Positions 24,132 through 34,585 of a DNA stretch of 36,025 nucleotides are shown here, one piece after another. The position numbers and the translations under genes were made by a program. Below the pieces are notes generated by a model that saw only the letters and a program-made list of their open reading frames with translations, ran no database searches and was not told the DNA's origin. The stretch comes from Octopus bimaculoides. Its lineage: Eukaryota. Where the stretch lies: assembly GCF_001194135.2 (NCBI RefSeq), contig NC_068985.1, positions 69,265,514 through 69,301,538 of the forward strand. Reading direction: 5' to 3'. How positions within the stretch are numbered: position 1 is the stretch's first letter; each line of letters starts with the position of its first letter.

Positions 24132-26184
24132 GGCGTGGATGACCACAATAACGATACTATTCGTTAATGAAGCACGACACCAATTATTGGGAGAACATAA
24201 GATGATTGCATCGACTGCAGTATTTTACTGGAACTTTATTTCCTCGACTGTCTTTGGTTGAAAAGAATGATTGAAACAATACACACCACCAAGCTCATTT
24301 ATGAATTAACAAGTAGGTCATGCTTCTTGAATATATCAAGCATGTCGTTGACTGAAAAGACGATTTCGAATTTGAAATGATTTAATCTATGAAGATGAAC
24401 TTGAAGAGTGCTTGCAGAAAAGAAATCAACTTCTCTACTTATTCTGTCAATCCACATGACGATAACCATGAAGAATTATGTTTATCATGACAGCAACGAT
24501 TGTCATATATCAATTTTTAAGAATGAGATCCTACGCACAAACAAAGAAAATTTATTCACCGTGGATTATCTTCTACGTATATCGAAAGCGACGATGTGTA
24601 GTCATTATTGTATAGCATGAAATAGCTTAGCCTTAACGATAGCGGATAGTATCAAAGATAAACTTGAGAATACTAATTCATGACCACGAAAGAGTTGTAT
24701 TTACAGTAAATCTAGAGCACCACAGCAGCGGATACTGCTGTAAATGAAATGGCTGATAGATGGAACTGAAAAGGATGCACTATCCAAAGTTTTAACCATT
24801 TCCATCTGATTTGCCTGTCTCTAGAGTTATTATTTTCTGCAGTTTCTAAATCGGGTCGTTCAGTTCTTTCTTTATTATCGCTCTTTAATATTATTTTCAC
24901 TTAAGAGTATATTTAGGGAAATTCTCTACAATATCATAAATCATTTATGTAGACATTGTTGGCAAGTTCTATTCTCTTAATCAACTAAACAGTCATTGCC
25001 TCTAATCGCTCTGATCATTGTCATTGTCTTGACGCTGTTGCTTTGCTCGTTACTGCAAAGTTCCAGTTCAATTGGTTAAGCTGATACATGGCACTGAAAT
25101 TTCGTAATCAAACGATTATGGACAGAAGGATTTGGGTCACATGTTCTTTAGTGGGACTATTTCAGCAACAATGCGTGCAGGGTATATCTCGAGATACAGA
25201 ATGTAGAATGTATTAAACCTTTCATTCTAATACTATTTGATATCAAAATATTAGCGATGGCAAACATGTATACAAACACATTTATCTCTGATTCATTCTA
25301 ATCAGCCATACAGACTTTTAAGATACGTCCAAGAACAGTAATGTGTCATTTTTGTTTTGTTAGACGTCGACAATAAAAAAGGAAGTCAATTTAGGTGTAC
25401 GTTACAGCTCCATTTAGGGGGCTTAAGCAAGATTGACAGCCCCAGTATTTCAGCGGTTAACAATAACAGTAGGTGAAAATGTCAAGCACAGACTCTTGTG
25501 CAAGTTGATTTTGTTCAAATTCATTTGCATACATATATCAGTTATTGCATATGTGTAGAATTTTACATATTTTGTGGTTCAAATGCATCCGCCTTATCAC
25601 TAAACCATTTCTATAGCTTAACGTTTTCCAGAATGGTGAGATATTCATCGACATAAAAATCACTAGGCACACCATTTATTTTTTTTTAATTTAGACTACT
25701 AGTGACCACAGGTTTCCCAGATATTAAGCAGAAACAAGATTGTTGCACTTGATATCAAGAGAGCATTCACTATCTCTTATGGGAACATATAGCCAATGTT
25801 ATGGATTATATGCCTCTTTCATTTTTTGACTGAGAGGCTTCCTATCAGTTCACTGAATTACTGTGTCTCAACGGATCCTTTTACTGCGAACCCTCTGTAA
25901 TCTAATTTAACTTTATCTCTGGAGCAATGATTTTACTCCACTAATGATCGACAAATTTTCAACATGAAACCCATCTTTGCAGATAGTGCATGCCTTCACT
26001 TTAGTTTAATCTTACACAAGAAAGCCATTTCCAACCCAAACGCCAGACATTACATCTCATTTCCACTATAAAGGTAGTATGAATACTTTTCATTGGAAAA
26101 AGACAATTCAATTTTTAAAACAGTAACACAAGAAGTATGTCACTAAACTCTTGGTTAATCATTACGTTAATATGTCTATATATG

Positions 26185-26560
26185 CTTGTTGGCACTCCAT
26201 CGCTTACGACGTCGAGGGTTCCAGTTGATCCGATCAACGGAACAGCCTGCTCGTGAAATTAACGTGCAAGTGGTTGAGCACTCCACACGTGTACCCTTAA
26301 CGTAGTTCTCGGAGATATTCAGCGTGACACGGTGTGACAAGGCTGACCCTTTGAATTACAGGCACAACAGAAACAGGAAGTAAGATTGAGAGAAAGTTGT
26401 GGTAGAAGAGTACAGCAGGATTCGCCGCCATCCCCTGCCGGAGCCTCGTGGAGCTTTAGGTGTTTTCGCTCAATAAACACTCACAACGCCCGATCTGGGA
26501 ATCGAAACCGCGATCCTATGACCGCGATTCCACTGCCCTAACCACTGGGCCATTGCGCCT
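26185..26560 (-). mobile_element. Full-length tRNA-derived SINE (family B, tRNA-Arg-like head)
   Basis: Minus strand begins aggcgcaaTGGCCCAGTGGttagggcag (canonical A box, 26542-26552), has TCG at the anticodon position and B box GGTTTCGATTCCC (26497-26509), then a ~300 nt unrelated body. No CCA or closed acceptor stem, so a SINE rather than a tRNA gene. Confidence 0.85.
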
Positions 26561-27095
26561 ACACTATATATGCACAACACCATTAAAACTCTCAAAATAT
26601 TACTAAAACTAAACGTTTCTATGCATGATACTCCATTTAAAATATAGCCATGGTAATTTGTAAATTTGACTGAAACAAGTTATATCAGATCATCTCTATA
26701 AACTCTGTCTGGCACTATATATAATATTCTCTATATAATATTCTCTATATATAATAGAGAATCTAAATCAACAGGGCACAAACAATATATTGCTAGTCTT
26801 AACTGAATATGCTGCTAGACAAAGTAAATTTATTTTCAAATCATGATATATAAATTAAAAATCTAAATGTTTTAATGATTGTATCTAATTTATGGAATAA
26901 TGAAGTATATAATTAATCGTCTAAAATTCAATTGATATTTTTCGAAGATATAATATTGTGTTTTGGCGAATAGATGCTTTTTAATTTGGGGTTTCCCAGA
27001 TGTCGTGTCTCTTTATACGTTGTGCAAATAATAGATTATAATTTCATGTTATCCTGTATTATATTCCTTTTTGCTCATAATACAAGAGAAGTTAA

Positions 27096-27199
27096 TCCAT
27101 CCATCCATCCATCCATCCATCCAACCATCCATCCAAACATACATACATACATACATACGTACACACGTACGTACATACATACATACATACATACACATA
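27096..27199. repeat. (ATCC)n/(ATAC)n compound microsatellite hosting the Tc1 insertion
   Basis: Read directly. Confidence 0.9.
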
Positions 27200-27201
27200 T
27201 A

Positions 27202-28727
27202 CAGCCTTGGCCAAAAGCATTAGGCCACCCCCAATGTTTTGGGGTTCTGCTAGCTCTATGTAAATGAACCTCGTGTACATGGTAGTTTATTGTATATTGC
27301 ACAATATACATTAGTTTTAATATCTGGTTGACCCTTCTTTAGCATCAAATACCGCTTTTATACGGTCAGGCCTTCAATCAGCTGGTTTGTTGCATGTGCA
27401 GAGCGCAGTTTTACTACATTGTCCTCTCAACATTTGGTACAAATGCTCTTTATTTTTAAATGTTGTGTTCCTGATAGCTTCAACAAGATTTCTCCATAGG
27501 TATTCGATCGAAGTTAGATCGTAACTTTGAGCTCGCCAGTCCATGGTAACAATACCCTCTGTCTCAAACCATTAACGAGTATTCTTTGCCGTATATGGGG
27601 CCTTGTCTTGTTGTAAGATAACACTGTTTGTCGACACTCCTGGATGCAATTTAGCACTTGATGGCTCTAAAACATCCGATAACATAGAAACAGGTAACTG
27701 AATTCTTCCTTCCTTGACAAAAAAAACATTTCTCCGGGTCCTGTGGCAGACATGCAGGCCGATACCATGATAGAACCACCCCATGTATTACGGTTGTTAC
27801 CAGACATTCAGCCTTGAATACTTAAATACTGCGGTGCACGAAAATTGCACCAGATGTACTGAAAACAAGAGTAAAAACATGAAAAATAATATTAGCTTTA
27901 TATTGGATACTTTTTTATATATATTTTGGGAAACAAACCAGTTACATTAAGTTTATATGTTGATTGAATACATGTACTTCATAGTTACTTTCATCAGACC
28001 ATATGACTTTCAACTATTGTTCATCAGTCCAATTTGAGTGATTTTTGGCCCACTGAAGACGTTTTTCCAAATTCGCTTCAGAAACCCATGGCTTCTTCCT
28101 GACTGTACAGCCTTTCATACTGTACTCTACAAGCATTCCAACAGTTCTCGTTTATATTTGTGTAGTACTTGCCTCGTTAAAGTCCGCACAGAGTTCCGAC
28201 GATGTTTTTCTCCTGCTTTTGAGCGGCTGTTGGATGATGGATCTGTCATCACGAGGTTATGTAACCTTTTTTCAACCTGTTCTTTATATAGTCTTCACAC
28301 CTATTGTCTCTCGCTTGAGAGTCGTTTGCACCGCACATCGTGAACATTTTATCTTCTGAGCAATTTGCCTTTGAGGTATTTCATCTTCATAATGAGCTAC
28401 AATTTGACCTCGCTCATACTCACTCCACTTCCTAGTCTTAGGCATGTTACTGTTTATTAACTGTATCTACAACGTATTTTAGCATAAAACTCCGAAATAA
28501 TCAAGGAAACATAATTTAATTTTGGGCGTTGGTCTTACTCATAATTGGTTACATATGTACAGTACAGTATAAAAGTGGTAATTGATGGTTAAGGAGGGTC
28601 AACCAGATATTATAACTATTGTATGTTTTGAAATATGCAACAATATACCATGTGCACGAGTTTCATTAACATTGAGATAGCAGACCCACAAAACATTGTG
28701 TTTTCCTTATTCATTTGGTCAAGGCTG
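27202..28727 (-). mobile_element. Complete-length, inactive Tc1-family DNA transposon with ~165 bp TIRs and TA target-site duplication
   Basis: TA|CAGCCTTGGCCAAA ... TTTGGTCAAGGCTG|TA; 27202-27363 aligns with the reverse complement of 28567-28727 along its whole length; transposase remnant inside. Confidence 0.93.
27317..28445 (-). pseudogene. Tc1 (DD34E-type) transposase, frameshifted, probably with one intron
   Basis: MPKTRKWSEYERGQIV..IAQKIKCSR; RKKPWVSEANLEKRLQWAKNH.NWT; KVIWSDES; QQDKAPYTAK..WRAQSYDLTSIEYLW (33 residues between D and E, one codon short); DRIKAVFDAKEGSTRY*. Confidence 0.88.
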
Positions 28728-30711
28728 TATATATATATATATATAAACTGTCCGACAAACAGTCCGTAAACAGTCCGCTAAACATTTGATGCTAAATCGA
28801 TGTAAATTGTTTCGGGGTAAAATGACATTGATGTCACGAAAAGCTGATGGGTTGTACACATACATAGATCCATGTATACGTGGAAAAAACATACATACAT
28901 GCATACATATGTGTGTCAGTGTATGTGTGTCTGTGTGTTTTTGAAAGCAAAACAAGCATCAATAAATAATTAGTATCCTAGCTTGAATTTCTTCGTAAGC
29001 TTTCTGTAGATAAAAATGTATCCGGTTAAAAATATTTTATCTGATATGAAAACCTGTCGCCACTCCAATTTGTAAATCCGCAGTCCAGCTACCGACTTAA
29101 GATGGTATGTTGGTTCGGATAGCTATTGAAAATGTACACGGTTAGTGGATATTATACGGTCATCGAAGGCTTACAAATGTTCCAGTTACGTACTGGAGGG
29201 CAGTGTTTCCATAATTAAGCCGTATTACTCGATCGATCCACGCCCTCTCTGTCTCTGTCTCTCTTTCTCTCGCTTTATATATATATACATATATATATAT
29301 TACAGGGAATTTTGTGTACATACAAACCATGAGACGTAAAAATTTAATAAGTTTATTTGTACCAAAGTGAGCTGTAACGAAGAAATGATTAATGAATGTT
29401 TTTCAATGCAGTAGTTCATAAACAACCGTTAATGTTACGAAAGCTAGTGGGTTGTACACATACATACCACATACCTGCAATAATTTCTCCCTCAAATTCC
29501 TCTCTGCCTCTTAAAAAGAAAGGAACTATATGACAATTTATCCCAACATATCCACAAATATACAATACTAACGGTCTCTATGACATTATCCAGATATCTG
29601 CTCAATAAAGTTTAATATGATGCTTAAAACAATAGCAAGAAAAAAATAACGGTAGTACATCTGCATATGTTACTGCACCAAATGAAACCATTAAATAAAC
29701 GCTCTCTCATTCCCTCAACAATTAAAGTCTATTTATCATGTATTCTTTTCACATGTAACCAAAATTGAAGTACAGTTGATTAATCCATAACAACTTAAAC
29801 GTGAACCTTATCATTTATGTTGCATTTGTTGTTGTGAAGCCAAGGTTCAGCTTTCTCAAGCCTACAGAAGATTGCTGCAATGGGCATCTAGACGTTTTTT
29901 ATTTGCACTTATCTTTCATCTAAGATTGGGTAGATTTGGTCTATTCTAGGTTAGTCCCGCGTCTACGTCACCTCGTACAATTACGAAATATAAGCTCTCT
30001 ACAAGTCTATTCAATAACCTCACACGCAATTAAGTAAGGGTGTAATAACTATTGCAAAAATAAACTATGAAAGATCAAGATAAGGAATGAATGTTGTAAT
30101 TTTGCACAAAAGTGCTCACTTATGTAAAATTGAAAAATTAGTTAAGGAGATTATTTTTAGATATAAGATAGTAAATCGAATCAACTAATGCTAAGTATGC
30201 GGAGGATACTTCAGTTCGTACACAAAAAAGAAATCAAATAAAAAATATAGCCCTAACATCTGAGCTTAGTTGTGCGAGCATAATGTTTATTAGATATCTT
30301 TATATCGCGTGCTGTTTCGTGTTGGTAAATTCGACGGACAAGTAGACGCACATACATGCAAATATGTATATATGAATACATTCCAGCGTGTACCTGTGTT
30401 CTTGTGTGTGTGTGTACATATACATATAGATTTAAAGAAGAAACAAAATGAGCCGACAGTTTGTGATTGTTAAGAATTTGTGAATACTGTTGAATGGATA
30501 TTTGTAAGTATGTTATCATCTTAAAGTTTATTTAACCCAAGTGTAACATAAACCAAGTAAGGAAGCGTTTTATTGCTAACTGTGGGGGGATGTGTGAATC
30601 TGTTTCTTGGAGTCTGAAATAGAAATGATGAATGGTATAGATTCAATGAAAAACAAATGAAGAGGAATGGACGAATTTGAAACAAAGTTTGAACGGTATT
30701 CTGAGAAGTCA

Positions 30712-30797
30712 TATGTATATATATATATATATGTGGGTGTGTGTGTGTGTGTATGTGGGTGGGTGTGTGTGCGTGTGTATGTGTGTGTGTGTGTGTA
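30712..30797. repeat. Imperfect (TA)n/(TG)n microsatellite
   Basis: Read directly. Confidence 0.9.
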
Positions 30798-31984
30798 TGA
30801 TAAATTTGAGTTTGGATATGTCTTTATAATTGGTGAATTAAAAAGGATTCGCTTTCTTACATTGAGCGACTGTAAATAATTGAAATTATCAAATCAAAGT
30901 GATCAAGAAAAATAGTAAAACAAGTGTTAAAACAGAATGGAAGGGGAAGTTTAAGGGTGGGGAGCGTGTGAGTGAGTTGCTGGGAAAGAGTTTAGTAGAA
31001 TACAGTTTGGTAGAGAATAAAGGAATGGCAGAATGTGAGAGAAGGTATATGAAAGAGACAAATTAAATGAACTATAGTAGATACACAATTACATTGGTTT
31101 GCAGAATCTCGTACACCATTTATTTTGATTTTATTTCTATCAGCCAACATACGAAAGACAAAACAGCATCTTTGTGGCGCCATGCACTATAGCTAAAATT
31201 CTGCTGGGTTCTGTAATTGACTGTAAATCGGCAACAAATGAAAGAAAAGCGGCAACAGCAACACCGTTAATTGTAAGAAGTGCATTATCAACAACAATAA
31301 CAACAAAGCCCAAGATGATAGTGGCAGAAATGGTGAGCCCCTAGTGAATGAAGAGATAAAATTGCAGTGACGGGGATAATGGAAAAGAACGGAAGGCAGT
31401 GACCTGTCAGTATAGATTCATTAGTATAGTCGCAGGAGACTAGGTAATATGGTGGTGTAAGTGAGTGAGGGAAATAGAGACAATGATTGAAAATATAGGT
31501 ATGCATATATGTATGTATGTAAGAAAAAGTAAGTACATGTATATTACAAAAATTGACTAGAAAAGGTTGCTGATAAAAATTATCGACTAGAAAATTTTAG
31601 ATATATTTGCAATGAATCATACACACACACTTCAAATATACAAACATATGCACGGACACATATATATGACATATATACATTTTGTTATCTTTCATGAGAG
31701 GTGGTGGTAAAAATGTCTCATTCAAGCGTGTAGAACTATTCTGTCTCTTCGAGTTCTCAGGGAAATGCCTGCTACGTCATTTAGGCCAAACTCTAGTTTT
31801 CTTACCTTTGTCTTGTACATTTATAGAGACGTGCAGACGTAGGAAGCTGAACGATTTAACACCCGCAAACGCAGATTAAGCAGATCATTCCCGATTCAGA
31901 AAAACAAAGTTTATAATAATCAAAGGAGGCCATACATATTGGTATCAAATTGTGGCACAACGCCATGGATTTTGGTGAAGGAGT

Positions 31985-32134
31985 AAGGTTTATTACGTCG
32001 AACATATTTTATTGGCCGCGAGGATGAATCGCTAAGTCGATATTGGCGGAATGTCAACTCAGAACGTAAAGACGGACGAAATGCCGCTAAGCATTTTGAT
32101 CGGTGTGGAAACGATTCTGCCAGCACACCGCCTT
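31985..32134 (-). mobile_element. SINE family A copy (head well preserved, core decayed)
   Basis: aactcagaacgtaaagacggacgaaatgccgctaagcatttt..acgattctgccagcacaccgcctt matches the other family A heads. Confidence 0.8.
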
Positions 32135-32829
32135 AAGGAAGGCTATAATACTTGGTACATGTGCATATGAGACATAATCACAGAAGGCATCTTTCACAGT
32201 TACCAGCGTTTGTTTGATGCGGGCATCATTTGTGGGTCAGCGTGATACACTACGCTATGCATACATGGTGTTGATGTCACGTTTTAGGCTTACAGGCAAT
32301 AATTTTACTATTACAAGAAAGAAGATGGAATCTATAACTGAGGTAAGTCAATCAGACACTGAAACGCTTTTGGAAATCTACTGACATTGATTATTGTTTG
32401 AAAGTAAAAAAAAAAAGAAAAAAAGAAAGAATCGAAAGTGGGAAATCACAATCCACAAAGAATCTTCCTTGTAATTTGTACCGAGTGTGATCAGTTGAGA
32501 AATACATAAAACGCTACTGGAGTAAATAACATATACGATATGAATTCATAACACATTTCTGTATTTTTAGGAAAATTCGAGTGGAGCCTAAATACGTATA
32601 CAAATTGTTTTATGAGTGAGACATATTTCGGCCTCGTTTGTTCCTCAGATCGAAGATTAGATTTCAGCAGTGCGGTCACGTTGTATTTTAAGACTATATA
32701 TTGCATGATATATAATTGCGCTGATAAATTGTTTAGCTGATATGCAGAGGGGTATTCACAATTATGTGTTATGTACAGTGAAGCCAAACATCTATATTAT
32801 CAGTAATATCAGTAATATAAGGTAAAATT

Positions 32830-33135
32830 TGTACACATACACGCACTCACACACACAAACACACACACACACACAAAACGCACACATACACTTACACACA
32901 TCCACACATCCACAAGATTTTATTCTCTCTCAGTTTATTTACTCATATTCCATTCACTTGAGAAGTGTAGCCTCGAAACGTAACAGACATTCTCACTTTC
33001 TCGAGCGTGAAACTAATACGCCTGCTTTTTGTTCATACATCTGTCTTCGTTTCTCTGTAAATTCCAAATATATATATATAAGTGTGTGTGCGTGCGCATG
33101 CGTGTGTGTGTGCGTGCGCATGCGTGTGTGTGTAC
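32830..33135. repeat. Imperfect (CA)n tract (32830-32910) and alternating purine/pyrimidine (TG/CG)n tract (33083-33135)
   Basis: Read directly; the second tract contains a 22-bp direct repeat. Confidence 0.85.
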
Positions 33136-33163
33136 AGATGGATGCATGTATATATCTATCTAT

Positions 33164-33380
33164 ATTGGTTTCAAATTTTGGCACGAGGCCAGCAGTTTCG
33201 TGAGACAGGATAAGTTCATTACATCGATTCCAGTTGAGTACTGGTACTTACTTTGTCGACCCCGAAAGGATCAAAGGCAAAGTCGACCTCCGCAGAAATT
33301 AAACTCAGAATGAAAAACGGATGTATTGGCGCTCAGCATTTTCCACGCCACACTAACAACTCTGCCAGTTTACCAGCTTA
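33164..33380 (-). mobile_element. SINE family A, full-length diverged copy
   Basis: attggtttcaaattttggcacgaggccagca..ctggtactta..gtcgaccccgaaaggatcaaaggcaaagtcgacctc..aactcagaa..ctaacaactctgccag. Confidence 0.85.
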
Positions 33381-33499
33381 ATTTATCTGTCTCTGTTTAT
33401 TGACACAATCGCTAATTTCATTGTCTTTATTTTCTTTTCTATAATTATCCCAATTAGTACCGACATTTCTGTAGAATTCTGAAAAAATTAGACACATTA

Positions 33500-34345
33500 A
33501 ATAAATTGGCTTTAAATGCAATGTATTAAGTATACCAACCCCTGTGCTATTGTTGTGCCAGAAGCTCAATTACACGCATATAACATTTGGTTGGTTTAGA
33601 CGCAAACTCTCCCTGAATTTCAAACTAATCCAAAATGTTGAACCTAATCCCGTACAGGAAAGAAGCTATGGATTGGAAATGTTTTTGTGTAATGATGCAA
33701 ATTCCAGACTGTAGGCTGTGTGAGGCACTATTTCCAGGCCAAGAATACCTCAAATTTGCCCTTGGTCACATGGGAAGTATAGGCTGGAACATTCTCATGC
33801 TGTAGGAGTACACACTTTAGATTGATTAATTCCGAATAGCGGGCTTTCATAGCATCATATACTGGCTGTAGTTTTTGAGTATAAAGAAATGCAACACCTA
33901 CTAGAATTGCCATTAAATACACAACAAACCACTCTTGTTTGACAACAGATTCTGAAGTTTGCAAGAACGAAGTTACTAATTTCTGTCATTAGAATTATAT
34001 GGATAGATCCATTGTTATTCTCGGTCACAATTTAATACCAAACAGTGATATGCCAATAATTTGCAAGTGTCTGCATGTCATTGAGTCTGGTCAGTTTGTC
34101 AGGAGCTTCTTGACAGCGTCTATTCACAAGGCCGAGATTATAGAGGTGTCGATTGATGGTGTTTTGTGTATGACCATATCCTGCTGACAATGTTCCAGTG
34201 AATTTACTTGGCTATTGGTCAAATTTTCGGCATAGGCCTCATTTCCCGCAACAGAAATACTCCCTGTCTTGATTTGACTTCGAGGATATTGGCGTCACCT
34301 TCATTGAAATGTCTGAACCAGTTTTCTAGTTTTGTAGCACACATT
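33500..34345 (-). mobile_element. Decayed mariner-family transposase relic
   Basis: Collinear motifs WFRHFNEGD, TINRHLYNLGLVNRRCQEAPDKLT, IVT.., ELINLKCVLLQHENVPAYTSHVTK, VPHTAYSLEF (HPPYSPDL-like), HFQSIASFLYGIRFN, FASKP..Y.RVIELL. TIRs not identified. Confidence 0.8.
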
Positions 34346-34424
34346 CGTTGAGAGTTCCTGCGTATTCCTCGTTAATATTCTCGTTTGCCGCTGCACTTGC
34401 ACTCAGGGATTTATCGCACAGGTA

Positions 34425-34485
34425 CCTTAAAAGTATAAAAGTGAAAGTTGACTTCGGCAGAATTAAATTGAAATCATAAACGCGG
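34425..34485 (-). mobile_element. Possible short SINE family A remnant
   Basis: aaagttgacttcggcagaattaaatt resembles aaagtcgacctcggcagaatttgaac; short and diverged. Confidence 0.4.
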
Positions 34486-34585
34486 TTCAAATATTAGTAT
34501 TTTGTTTAGTATATTGATAATTTTGCCAGCTTACTGTCTTTAACAATAACAATAAAATAATAAAGATAATAGTAATAATAATAAT

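Noticed and set aside
24039-24167. Poly-Asp frame using synonymous GAT then GAC codons, suggesting coding selection
   Set aside because: The frame is closed by TGA at 24036-24038 and TAA shortly after the repeat, with no good splice sites; T-to-C drift in a microsatellite explains it.
26490-26560. Possible tRNA-Arg gene
   Set aside because: A and B boxes are present but the acceptor stem does not close and the sequence continues into a SINE body.
26715-26762. Short tandem repeat and 9-bp hairpin (attctctat/atagagaat)
   Set aside because: Low-complexity AT-rich sequence; expected by slippage.
30880-31300. Clustered TAAT/homeodomain-like motifs suggesting an enhancer
   Set aside because: Such short motifs are frequent by chance at this AT content; no conservation data.
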